From an uncultured Planctomycetota bacterium (GTDB taxonomy: Bacteria > Planctomycetota > Planctomycetia > Isosphaerales > Isosphaeraceae): a stretch of 64,000 nt of DNA. The position numbers and the translations under genes were made by a program. Below, one piece after another: positions 54,122 through 64,000 of this stretch. The DNA is taken from assembly GCA_963845755.1 (NCBI GenBank), contig CAWJTV010000011.1:800001-864000 (forward strand). The letters are read 5' to 3'. The stretch's first letter is position 1. The number at the start of each line of letters is the position of its first letter. The notes under the pieces were generated by a model. It was not told the DNA's origin and made no database searches. It saw only the letters and a list, made by a program, of their open reading frames with translations.

Positions 54122-54346
54122 ACGGCGCCGGCCGATTGCGGTCGCCGTGCCGCCGGACCCTTCTGAACCAGGGACTCGAAAAGGCTTCGCCGCGAGATTC
54201 CTTGGGGCGTCGTCCTCCGGACGCCGACCCCAGGATCGCCGATCGTCAGTCTGCACCGCACATTCCCGCCTTGGAGTTTCTGGAAGAATCCTTGGAAAAT
54301 CACCGACGTCGTGGCGTCATGGTAGATAGACAAGGAAACTCCAGCG

Positions 54347-54895
54347 GTGGGAGATGCCTGGGTGGGACGGATCGGTCCGGAGATCCTCGGTGGCCTGTTC
54401 GACGAGCACGCCGCGACGCTGGCGCTTTACGCCCGCCAGTGGTGCGACGCGCCGGGCGCTGAGGACATTGTCCAGGACGCGTTCGTCGCCCTGGCCCGTC
54501 AGAAGTCGGGTCCCGACCGACCCGTCGCCTGGCTTTACCGCGTGGTTCGCAACGGCGCGATCGGCGCGGCCCGGCAATCCCGTCGACGTCGTCGGCGCGA
54601 GCAGCGGGCGGCCGATCGCGAGGTCGTGCCGGCGTCCGACGGATCCTGGTTCGCCGCCACCGACGACCAGATCGACGCCGAGCACGCCGCCCGGCTCCTC
54701 GCCGACCTGGACCTGGAAACCCGCGAGATCATCGTCGCGCGGCTCTGGGGCGGGTTGACGTTCGAGGAGATCGCAAAGCTTCAAGGCTGCTCGCTGACCA
54801 CCGCCCACCGCCGCTACCAGGCTGGGCTCGCCCGGCTGCACGAGAGGCTCGAAACCCCATGGACCACGATCACCACGAAGACCGACAAGACCTGA
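54347..54895 (+). CDS. ECF RNA polymerase sigma factor
   Basis: AEDIVQDAF, AWLYRVVRN and LTFEEIAKL.G.SLTT.HRRY. Confidence 0.88.
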   Translation: MGDAWVGRIGPEILGGLFDEHAATLALYARQWCDAPGAEDIVQDAFVALARQKSGPDRPVAWLYRVVRNGAIGAARQSRRRRRREQRAADREVVPASDGSWFAATDDQIDAEHAARLLADLDLETREIIVARLWGGLTFEEIAKLQGCSLTTAHRRYQAGLARLHERLETPWTTITTKTDKT

Positions 54896-55362
54896 GATCG
54901 CTGGAACATCGCCTGGCCGCCTGGCGGCCGTCCGCCGGCGCGCTCGATCGCGACCGGATGCTCTACGACGCCGGCCGGGCCGCGGCGCAAAGCGAAGGCC
55001 GTGGCCGTGCCTGGCGTCTGGCCACGGCCACACTCGCCGTCATGACGCTGGGATTGGGCGCGCTGTTGGCGCAGGAGCGATCGCAGCGAATGGCTCTCGA
55101 GATCGCGCTGGCCGCACCTATGGTGCCATCGCAACCGTCGCCCACGCCGCCGGTCGCAGTCGAGCTCCCGCCGATCGAGCGTCCGGCGCCGAGCAGCTAT
55201 TTCGCATTGACCGCGCGGCTCGCGGCGAACCCGGGCGACTCCCCGTGGCCCGACGCCGAGATCGAACGCCAACCGCACCGGCCGGACTCCACGCCGCCGG
55301 AAGTGCCTTCGCGACCGGTTCCACTCCGGCCGCGAGACATCGAGCGGGTGCTGGATCTCTGA
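54859..55362 (+). CDS. Putative single-TM anti-sigma factor
   Basis: Overlaps the ECF 3' end; LE..L....P...LDRDR.LY.AG then one TM and a Pro-rich tail. Confidence 0.6.
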   Translation: MDHDHHEDRQDLRSLEHRLAAWRPSAGALDRDRMLYDAGRAAAQSEGRGRAWRLATATLAVMTLGLGALLAQERSQRMALEIALAAPMVPSQPSPTPPVAVELPPIERPAPSSYFALTARLAANPGDSPWPDAEIERQPHRPDSTPPEVPSRPVPLRPRDIERVLDL

Positions 55363-55417
55363 TCTCGAGATCTTACGAAATACACGAAAACGAGAAACCG
55401 AGCCGGAGGAACCTGTG

Positions 55418-56894
55418 ATGATCCGAGTGCGTCGCGCTCGATTCGAATGGATGGTGCTGCTCCTCGCCGCGGGGACGGTCGTTGTCCCGAAACTCGCGTT
55501 GGCCCAAGCCGCGGCCAAGGCGCCCCAGCCGCTCAATCCCACGCCGCTGGTGCTCAGCCCCGCGGCGGAGCCGGTCCCGGCGCTGAAGTACCGGCTACTT
55601 CCGAGCTTTGCCGATTTGAACCCGGGCGATGCGGCGCCGATCTATCTGCGCATCCGGCATGCCACTCCGGATGGGCTCTGGAATCAATCCATGGAAAAAT
55701 GGAAGATGTGGAGGAATGTGCCGCTCGATCAATTCCCGACCGCCGAGGCTCGCAAGTTCGTCGATGAGTGGAGCGGGCAATTCCAGCAGATCGAATTCGG
55801 GCGCACCGCCAGACGTGCGACTGGAATTATGCCGTGCCCGAGCAGCGGCTCAATATCATCAATGTCGGTCTGTCCGACCTTCAGTCGATGCGGCACTTGG
55901 GCCTGATCATGACCATCAAAGCACGCGTCGAGATCGCCGAAGGGAAGCTCGCGGACGCGATCCAGACCGTCGAGACCAACCTGGCCTTCGCACGCCATAT
56001 CGCCGAGGGGCCATTCTTGATCAATGGCCTGGTCGGCGTCGCAATCATCGCCGTCACGCTCGACGCCGTCGACGAGCTGATCGCCCGGCCCGACGCGCCC
56101 AACCTCTACTGGGCCCTGACCGCGCTGCCGCGGCCATTGATCGACATGCGTCACGAGCTGGAAATCGAGCGAAAGCTCTGCGAGAACCTGATCCCCGAAT
56201 TGAGGGAATCCGAGCTGGCTCGACCGCGGACTCCCGCGGAATGGGCAGTACTCCTGACGCGGATGCACGAGGGAATGGTGAAGTGGGCCCGCCTGAACGT
56301 GCAACAGGGAAACCAAGGTCCCGGCGTGCTGCCGGAACTCCCCAAGGAAGAGCTCTCCCCCTTCAAGTCCCAGGTCCTCCCCGGGGCAAGGGAGCATCTG
56401 AAACGATCGCGCAACTGGGCGACGACCAGCTCAAGGCCATGTCCGAAGATCAGATCGTCGCGCTCTACATCGCCGAGGGCTACCGCGAGATCTGGGACGA
56501 CTGGTTCAAGGCCACCTACCTGTCGGCAGATGAGGCGATCGCGCAACAGGCCAACGCCCAGAAGGCACTCGTGGCTGCAAAGAAGAGCCCTTTCGTCCTG
56601 TTCGCCCAGTATGTGCCAGGTGTCTACGGCGTGATCAAGAACGAGCTGCGGATCGAACGCCACGTCGCCATCCTGCGCGTGATCGAAGCGATTCGCCTCA
56701 ACGCGGCGGCCCACAACGGCGCACTGCCCGAATCCTTGAAAGGAATCACCGAGGTCCCCGTCCCCCACGATCCCGCGACGGGCGAGCCGTTCATCTACCG
56801 CGCGGCCGATTCCGTCGCGATCCTCCACAGCATTCGCGCCGAACCCGCCCTCTGGTCCTCGTCGTACCGGATCACGATTCGCCCTGGTTCCTAG
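55418..56894 (+). CDS. Secreted helical hypothetical protein; frameshifts near 55800 and 56410
   Basis: Signal peptide; PALKYRLLP, PNLYWAL; C-terminal G.LPESL...PVPHDPATGEPFIY. Confidence 0.7.
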
Positions 56895-56909
56895 CCATTG
56901 GACCCATGA

Positions 56910-57992
56910 CTAGGGACCAACGTGTCCCGGACATCCGACGGGCTCGAGGCTGACGTCATCGATCCACATCTCGCCGACGTCGGCATCCGGGTCGATGCAG
57001 AAGTCGATCGCCACGGTGGTGGCCTCGGCATCGGTGGAGAAGACGTGCTCGACCTTGGTCCACCTGCCGACGGTCTTGAGGCAGCGTTGGGAGGCGGCCC
57101 GTTCGAGCTGCCTCCAGGAGGTCGGCGTATCCTTGTACTGGGCGATCCGGAGGCGGCATTCGCCCTCGGTCCCGGCGGCGATCAGGTACGAGAACCGCAG
57201 GCGCATCTTCGTGCCGTAGCGGACGGGCCGCTCGGGGAATCGGTAGTAATGATGACCGGGCACGTGGGCTTCCAGGTGCAGGCTATCGGGCCCGGAGACG
57301 GCATGACGCGTGTCGCGGCGATCTTCCGGAGGCTCGGGCCAGGTGAATTTCGGATGCGCCAGGTACTGCTCATGGTCCAGCGGCACGCGATCGCGGATCG
57401 TCGCCCGGCCCAACGTCAGCTCGATGGCGCGGATCCCCAGGAGCGGGTCGTAGTCACCGTAAAGCACGTGCTGATGCTCGAGCCGGAGGCGCACATGCAC
57501 GATGCCCTCCGGAGCCACGCTCCACAGCAAGGCTGAATCAAGACGATTCTTCTCTGACTCCTCCTTCAGCCTTCCTCCTTCAGCCTTTCCTGAAGCGCCG
57601 GAAGTCCAGACCGAGACGATCAGTTTCTCCCGGCATTTGTGGGCCTCATCGGGTGCCGCGATGACCTCACCGACGGTCGAGAACTCCGGACCGTGTGTGA
57701 GCCCCAGCGACGACCAGTGTGGGATGGCATGGCTCGCCACCCGCGAATTCGACACCCAACTGTCCACCTTGACCCCGATCTCCTCGGGAGTAAGGACCAC
57801 ACCGGTCGGGCCCGTGAGCCGGAGCCGGTAGTCGACGACCCAGGCCCCCTGGTCCTGCGCCACCGTGCGGCCGATCGGCACCAGGGTCCAGTCCGGCGGC
57901 CTCGGGCCCGCTCCGGCGGCGAGGATCATCGCCCCGGCGACTATCGTGAGCCCAACCTTCCGGTTCCGCCGTTGAAGCAAAGATTTCGCCAT
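56910..57992 (-). CDS. Secreted hypothetical protein with C-terminal carbohydrate-binding-like (CBM4/9-type) domain
   Basis: Signal-like N-terminus; SGPDSLHL...W.KVEH.F...MWIDDVSLE. Confidence 0.55.
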   Translation of the reverse strand: MAKSLLQRRNRKVGLTIVAGAMILAAGAGPRPPDWTLVPIGRTVAQDQGAWVVDYRLRLTGPTGVVLTPEEIGVKVDSWVSNSRVASHAIPHWSSLGLTHGPEFSTVGEVIAAPDEAHKCREKLIVSVWTSGASGKAEGGRLKEESEKNRLDSALLWSVAPEGIVHVRLRLEHQHVLYGDYDPLLGIRAIELTLGRATIRDRVPLDHEQYLAHPKFTWPEPPEDRRDTRHAVSGPDSLHLEAHVPGHHYYRFPERPVRYGTKMRLRFSYLIAAGTEGECRLRIAQYKDTPTSWRQLERAASQRCLKTVGRWTKVEHVFSTDAEATTVAIDFCIDPDADVGEMWIDDVSLEPVGCPGHVGP

Positions 57993-58444
57993 GTCATGAC
58001 ATCCTTGTTCGTGCACATCCGACGCCATCCTGGCGCGGACACCTACACGTTGGTGTTGATAATGATCCAACCCTCGAAGTCCCGCATCGCGGCAGGAGTG
58101 ATCTCCCCGTTCGGACTGGACCGATCCGACTCTCGAAATCGCCCGATCTCCTCTCCAGGAGGGACCCTGGGAAGTCTTCAAAGAGGAGGGCCCCCTAGTC
58201 TTGAGGGACCCTGGACTACTGCATTCCTGCCATTCCTGTGCCGTCGGTGGGAGTTAATCGACCACCGGCGACATCGCCGATCCTCCCAACAAGAAGTATG
58301 GAACACTCAACAACTTCGTGTCGAGAAAAATCAAAATTCTTCCCAAAGGCTGGGCATCATGGGGCGAGGGAGAGGAGGGGCTGTCCGGGCCGATTCGACG
58401 GCCGGGTAGGGTTGGGAAATCGGATTGGCCGGCCCGGAGGCCCG

Positions 58445-58976
58445 TCAATCGTCGTCGTTTTCCTCGTCGAGATCGGTACTCGCGTCACCCTCGCCCTCGC
58501 CCTCGCCCTCGATCGAGTCGAGCTGGGCCGGCAGGGAGGAGCAGCGGTCGAGGAAGCGCGGGAGGAACCGGTCGAACGAACACGGACACGGCGATCTGAG
58601 TCGTGGCGTTGTCCATGCCCCAGATACTGGCGTGGGGTTCAGCCAGGTCGGGATCCGTCTGGACAAAGTCGCGCTCGTTGAATGCGAGCGAGACGGGGAC
58701 TTCCTCGAGCCATCGTTCCGCCAGGGCGTTGACGCCCGGGCCGCCCAGGGAGATCGTCGGCAAGGCTTGGAGCGGGTCGTCGTGGATCCAACGGAAATCG
58801 GCCACGACGCGGACGACATAACCGTCCAGGCCGTCGCGCCCGTCGGCGACGGCCGCGCTCAGGGACCGCTCGATCTGCTGCTTGAGATAATACGCCAGGG
58901 GCCGATCCATTTCCTCGGCGCAGAGCGTACTACCGGTGACGATCAACAGCGTTCGTCGCGGAGGTCCCTTTGCCAT
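58445..58976 (-). CDS. Hypothetical protein; frameshift near 58575
   Basis: MAKGPPRRTLLIVTGSTL.AEEMDRPLAY...PTISLGGPGVN...IWG; acidic tail in ORF 58445..58819. Confidence 0.6.
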
Positions 58977-59208
58977 CTGCGGGTCCCTTCCTGTTTGTCC
59001 TCGGTCCTTGGTCCTCCTTGTGTGATGCCGAACTTCCTCATCCGGCCAAGCCGCAATCCCAGACTCGCTCATGGGGCAAAGATTCTCTGGAGGAGGATTC
59101 CAACCACGACGATTTTACCAGGTGTCTCCTGGCGTTTCCTCCCTTGTTCGGAAGGATGAAGGCTGAGTGAGAATTGGAACGGTCTGGATTCATCATTCAG
59201 CCTTCCCA

Positions 59209-60154
59209 TCAAGGGGGAGAAGGGTTCTGCGTGGCCCGCCAGAGAGCGATCCGCCGGAGTGCGGCCTGTGCCGCGTGGAACGCATCCTGGCCTTCGGCCT
59301 CGAATCGTTGGGCAACCGCCTGACGGCCCGCCACCAGGGGGATCAGGCAGGAGAAGACGACGGGACCCCCGGGCTGACCCTCGATGGTGAATCGGCTCAC
59401 GCCCAGGGCCTGCATCTTCCGGCTCAGGGCCGCCCAATCTTCTCCAGAGGAGACCGCGGGTCCAGGCTCAGTTCGCGGCGGCGGCCCGAGAGGAGATGCG
59501 CCGGCAGGCGCCGGGGGCGAATCCGGCGGCGACGGAGCACTCCCCGGCATCAAGGAAGCCAGCGAGTCCAAGAGGGCCGGCGCGATCTCCCGATCCCGAG
59601 GGGGCAGGCCGCTAGAGGGGGATGTAACCGCCGGATTCACGCTCGGATCCAGGAGTGCCGGCGGCTCGTTCTCGGGCGAGGTCGGCCCGAGTCTCGGCTC
59701 CGTGCGTGCGGTCCGCTTCGAGGGGTCCGAGGCGGACTGCGACGTCGCCAGCGGTGCCGACAGGGGCGGTGCTGGAGGCGGGGAAGAGGAAGGCAACGCC
59801 GTCGGCCGCTCGCCAGGCCCTGGTCGATTCGACTGGCTATCGGGCGTATCTGCTTTTCCAGATTCCGTTTCCGTGACGAGGGACGGGATCGGTGCGAGTG
59901 GTCCGGCGACCAACTCGGCCCCAGCCTTCGCCGCCTTGGGCCCCTCTCCGGCCCCGCCGGGGTTGACGGCCCCCTTGAGGTCGAACCGAGGCAATCTCGC
60001 CCTCTTCGTTCAAGCCCAGAGAGCCGAGGAATTGCGTCTGAGCCCATCGCAGGCCCGGCCCGTTGACGAAGGCGCCCCCAAGGAAAGCGGCGGCTACCAG
60101 AACGATGACGAGAACGACTTGACGCACGCTCGCGGCCTCCCTGCCTGGGCCCAT
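59209..60154 (-). CDS. Membrane-anchored Pro-rich hypothetical protein; frameshift near 59985
   Basis: N-terminal TM, Pro/Ser linker, C-terminal WAAL..KM.ALGV...FSCLIP...FEAEG domain. Confidence 0.6.
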
Positions 60155-60325
60155 GCCATCATCAACATCGACTTGTCAAAATCGGATCGACCGCAATAAT
60201 CCAACAGGGTCCCAAAGGATTGCTCCCTGCGGCGAATACCCTTAGGGACCGCTTCTCCCGGCCACCGCGCTGGGGACGGATGCAAACGATTGAAACGATG
60301 GAATCGAATTTACCTTGAACCTGGA

Positions 60326-60709
60326 ATGAAGCAAGCCCAGTCCGGTACAACCCGTGTGGGGTGGGGCGGCGCCGTCCCCGGCCACTGGTGGAATCACGGT
60401 CGCGTCGCGACACGCATCCACAAGCCGGTGAACCCGCGGTTCGATCCCGATTTCCACGCAATGAGGCGAGGGCCCTCGTGGACCTTGGGGGGAGCGATCC
60501 TCGGCCTGGTCCGTGTGATCGGGTTCCTCATCGCCTTGCCGTTCCGGCTGCTCTTCCTGGTGATCGCCTTGCTGGGGCGGATCACCGGGCTGGTCGTGGG
60601 CTTCCTCCTGATGGTCGTGGGGACGGCGCTTCTGCCGGGTCCCCTGTTCCTCATCGGAATCCCCCTGCTCGTGATCGGGCTGGTGTTGACGTTGCGGTGT
60701 CTGGAATAA
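60326..60709 (+). CDS. Small membrane protein
   Basis: Hydrophobic segments in ORF 60290..60709; start uncertain. Confidence 0.55.
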   Translation: MKQAQSGTTRVGWGGAVPGHWWNHGRVATRIHKPVNPRFDPDFHAMRRGPSWTLGGAILGLVRVIGFLIALPFRLLFLVIALLGRITGLVVGFLLMVVGTALLPGPLFLIGIPLLVIGLVLTLRCLE

Positions 60710-60715
60710 GGCACA

Positions 60716-60793
60716 GTGTTCCGTGGTCCGTATTCCGTGGTCAGTATGTAAACTATTTGAAGGCTGACCACGGAATACGGACCGCGGAACACC
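60716..60793. repeat. Inverted heptamer-repeat hairpin (TCCGTGG/CCACGGA)
   Basis: GTGTTCCGTGGTCCGTATTCCGTGGTCAG...CTGACCACGGAATACGGACCGCGGAACAC, ending just before the desulfurase ATG. Confidence 0.8.
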
Positions 60794-61949
60794 ATGAATT
60801 CCATCTACCTCGACCACAACGCGACGACGCCGATGGACCCCACGGTCCTGGAGGCGATGCGGCCGTATTTCCTGGCCGGGGGCAACGCCGAGAGCCGGCA
60901 CGCGCCGGGCCGGTCGGCCCGCCGGGCCTGGGATCACGCCCGGGAGACGGTGGCGCAGGATCCTGGGTGCCGAGCCGTCCGAGGTGATCTTCACCTCCGG
61001 GGGTACGGAGTCGAATAACCTGGCGATCTTCGGCCTGGCGGGCGCGGAGAATTCGCCGGGACACGTCGCCAGCGGCCCGATCGAGCACCCGGCCATCATC
61101 GAGCCGGTGGCCCGGCTGGAGGCGGCGGGCTTCGCGGTCGACCGCGTGCCGGTGGACGCCCAGGGCCTCGCCGACCCGGCGTGCATGGCTGGGACGTTTC
61201 GCGACGACACGCGGTTTGCCACGTTGATGCTGGCGAACAACGAGACCGGCGCGATCCAGCCGGTCGGCGAATTGGCCGGTCGGGCCGCGGCGCGGGGGAT
61301 CCCGGTGCACACCGACGCCGTCCAGGCCGTGGGCCGCATCCCGGTCGATTTCCACGCGCTGGGCGTGGCGACGCTCGCGGCCAGTGCGCACAAGTTCCAC
61401 GGGCCGGTGGGATCGGGATTGCTCCTGGTCCGGAACGGAGTCCGGCTGGGCTCCCGGCTCTTTGGCGGCGGCCAGCAGCAGGGTCGGCGGCCGGGGACCG
61501 CGGCCGTCCCCCTCGCGGTCGGGCTGGCCGCGGCCCTCCAGCGATGGCACGACGAATCCTCGACCCGCGCCGCGCACTGGGTTGTCCTCCGCGACCGTCT
61601 CGAAGCCGGACTCATCGCCGCGCTGGGCTCCGATCGCGCGATCCGCAACGGGCCGATCGACAACGACCGGCGCCTGCCCCAGACCCTCAACATCGGCTTC
61701 CCGGGCCTCGATGGCGACGCCCTCCTCATGCAGCTCGACCTGGCCGGCCTCGCGGCCTCGCTCGGCTCGGCCTGTGCCAGCGGCTCGACACGACCCTCGC
61801 CGACCCTCATGGCCATGCGCGTCCCCGACGACCGCCTGCGCTCCTCCGTCCGCTTCAGCCTCGGCGCCACGACGACCGCGGCCGAGATCGATGAGGCCCT
61901 GCGGCGCATCGTCGAGGTCGTTGGGCGAATCGCGGCGGCTGGAGACTGA
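60794..61949 (+). CDS. iscS: Cysteine desulfurase (IscS/NifS group I); frameshift near 60960
   Basis: IYLDHNATT, FTSGGTESNN, HTDAVQA, SAHKFHGP (PLP Lys) and GSAC (catalytic Cys). Confidence 0.9.
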
Positions 61950-62270
61950 ACGATGAGTTGTCGGGTAATGCAAGTGCTTGCCTGATTGGAACATACGATG
62001 TTCCGAGGATCGTTTCGCAAGTGGTCTTCGATTTTCCGGTGAATCCGTCAAGGTTCGCATCATCTCTGCGTCGCCTGAGCAAGGCGTCGTCCGAACCTCA
62101 TCGCCCACAACGGAAACCGCGCTATGGAGAACTCTTACGACTAATGTGTAACCAGACATCGAGGTTTCGGACACTTATCTAGAGGGAGCTATGGCCTCTG
62201 AAGAACTTAGGCTATCCGGACCTCTCTCCTTCCGCCCCAGGGCGGCTCGCTTATACAGGAGGCTAATGTC

Positions 62271-63269
62271 ATGTCGCAAGGACATTTCGGTTCATGGTTG
62301 CACGGGATCGTCAACACCTTGGCATCGGCGCGGCGATTGGGTCTGCGTAGGTCTCGCCTGAGTCGGCACCCTGTGGTGGAGGACCTCGAAGGGCGTGCCT
62401 TGATGGCCAACATCACCGCCAGCGCGGTCATCAGCTCGGTCGCCGACGGCTCCAACTTCGATTACACGATCAACCTGACAAACTCCAACACGAGCACCTC
62501 GGCGATCGGCACATTCTGGTACGCGTGGGTCCCTGGTCAGGACTTTCTCGCCTCGAGTCCCATCTCCGTCACTCCGCCCGGCGGCTGGACGGACACGATC
62601 ACGCATTCGGGCTCGACCGACGGCTACGCGATCCAGTTCGTTGCGACCAGTCCCACGTATGATGTGCAACCGGGTAGCTCGATGAGTTTTGCGTTCCAAA
62701 GTTCTGATGCGCCCGCGTCGGTCAATGGGAATTCCCCGTTTTATCCAGGTACCCCGGTGGGAACCTCGGTCGTTTACCCCGGGGCGCCATTCAGCGATGG
62801 CGGTCATCAATTCGCCGTGACAGCCGCGACACCGACACCGACCCCAACGCCAACGCCGACACCAACATCGACTTCCCCGGTCACGATTACCGGCGTCCGC
62901 CTCATCGAGAACAGGAAACACGTGGTGACCGGAATTGTCGTCAACTTCAGTGGTGGCGTGAACGTCGCCGAGGCGGAAAACGTCGCGATCTATTCGCTGA
63001 CGACGCAGGGCAAGCACGGGGCATTCGTGGGCCGAGGCACCACCCTTCTCAAGCTGAGATCGGCGTCCTACGACACGGCCCTCAACGACGTGACCCTGAC
63101 GCCGCGCAAGGGCTTCGCGCTGACGAAGCCAGTCGAATTCGTGGTCCACGCACAGCCACCGGGAGGTTTGCAGGACAGCTCGGGCGCGTTCATCGACGGT
63201 AATGATGAAGGTCAAAGTGGAGATGATGGCGTCTTTATCGTCACCCGGAGGGGTGTAACCCGCGCGTAA
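62271..63269 (+). CDS. Secreted protein with planctomycete LExR motif, PT linker and basic C-terminal domain
   Basis: VEDLEGRALMA, beta-rich domain, (TP)n linker, VTGIVVNFSG...Y.L...SASYD...VTLTP. Confidence 0.75.
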   Translation: MSQGHFGSWLHGIVNTLASARRLGLRRSRLSRHPVVEDLEGRALMANITASAVISSVADGSNFDYTINLTNSNTSTSAIGTFWYAWVPGQDFLASSPISVTPPGGWTDTITHSGSTDGYAIQFVATSPTYDVQPGSSMSFAFQSSDAPASVNGNSPFYPGTPVGTSVVYPGAPFSDGGHQFAVTAATPTPTPTPTPTPTSTSPVTITGVRLIENRKHVVTGIVVNFSGGVNVAEAENVAIYSLTTQGKHGAFVGRGTTLLKLRSASYDTALNDVTLTPRKGFALTKPVEFVVHAQPPGGLQDSSGAFIDGNDEGQSGDDGVFIVTRRGVTRA

Positions 63270-63360
63270 ACGCGGATCCATCGACCTCGATCCAGGCTGG
63301 CTGAAATTCGAAATCCTCCGCCGATCGTCGCAGGATCGGCGGGGATGTCGGGCGGTCTTC

Positions 63361-64000
63361 TCACCGCGGTTTCGTGATGGTCAGCCGCCCCTTGGTTTTC
63401 CACTGGTAACCGGGCACCTCGTTTCGGGGTGTGAGCGTATAGGCGATGCCCGGCTCCATCCGGGCGTATTCCTCGGGCGGGATCGCGATGAATAGCTCGT
63501 GGTCGGTGGTACCGACAATCGAGCCCGTCGTGATCCGCCCGTGAACATCCGGTTGGCCGTCGGCCTGGAACAGGAACTCCTTGCCCGCGGCCAGGAGGAA
63601 GACCTTGTACTGTTGCCAGGGCTCGCCTTCGATCCACTCTTGACCGTGGATCAGGAGATGGCCCGAGCCATCGTTGACGAAGAACCCTTGTCGTCTCGCT
63701 CGCTTGACCGAATCGGGGGCATCGTCCGCATCGGCCCAGTAGGCCCGGGTGATCGTGATGGACCGGTGCTCCTTCTTGCCGTCGTCCGCGGCCGATCGCC
63801 GCGTATTCGGATGCAGGGCTTCGGCACTCGAGGCCCGTTTTCCGGTCGACTGCGGGTGGAGGGCGATACCCCGGATCTCCGCCAACTCGATGGGGCGGAA
63901 CTGGACCTGGTATTCCTGGATCTGGTCCGGCGGCAAGTCGAACTCGGCATCGATCAGGTCGAGGAGCCATTTCTTGTTTCCGTCCGAGCCGACCGAATAG
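63361..64000 (-). CDS. Hypothetical protein, 5' end outside window
   Basis: Frame of ORF 63361..63936 stays open to the window edge with plausible protein composition. Confidence 0.5.
   Translation of the reverse strand, partial: YSVGSDGNKKWLLDLIDAEFDLPPDQIQEYQVQFRPIELAEIRGIALHPQSTGKRASSAEALHPNTRRSAADDGKKEHRSITITRAYWADADDAPDSVKRARRQGFFVNDGSGHLLIHGQEWIEGEPWQQYKVFLLAAGKEFLFQADGQPDVHGRITTGSIVGTTDHELFIAIPPEEYARMEPGIAYTLTPRNEVPGYQWKTKGRLTITKPR

Noticed and set aside
60794..61949. Cysteine desulfurase as a selenocysteine lyase linked to the UGA gene
   Set aside because: It is about 19 kb away with ordinary group I motifs; nothing in the sequence links the two.
1..64000. Widespread frameshifts as mass pseudogenisation or programmed frameshifting
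   Set aside because: They also hit hemA and the cysteine desulfurase and are scattered 1-2 bp indels, which fits sequencing error better.

Overview
High-GC bacterial DNA, most likely from a planctomycete (Isosphaeraceae-like), inferred from a DUF1559 prepilin-type gene, an ECF sigma factor/Ser-Thr kinase pair, LExR-motif secreted proteins and Uma2 genes. Many genes, including housekeeping hemA and a cysteine desulfurase, are broken by 1-2 bp indels. These are probably uncorrected long-read errors, so I rebuilt genes across frames and the breakpoints are approximate. Left to right: a protease-rich block (two CHAT proteins, an HExxH protein, M28 and M43 peptidases); WD40, PcfJ-like, Uma2 and DUF1559 genes; a kinase-ECF pair; two near-identical inverted ~2.0 kb large-serine-recombinase elements, both inserted at the same position of a REP-like palindromic repeat and flanking a GH44 multidomain gene and a MazF-type toxin-antitoxin pair; a defence-like block (TIR-STAND-FGE/C-lectin gene with a DGR-variable-region-like 3' end, PIN toxin, Shedu fragment); hemA, a CcsA-like gene and GT87; an operon of two large paralogous secreted proteins ending in a candidate selenoprotein (in-frame UGA plus SECIS-like hairpin); a GntR/YtrA-ABC-ECF module; and hypothetical genes plus the cysteine desulfurase. 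No rRNA, tRNA or CRISPR array was seen. The best leads are the REP-targeting recombinase element with an apparent inversion of the 6 kb it brackets, the UGA-readthrough gene, and the possibly DGR-diversified TIR-STAND receptor. All family assignments come from motif recognition by eye, not from database searches.
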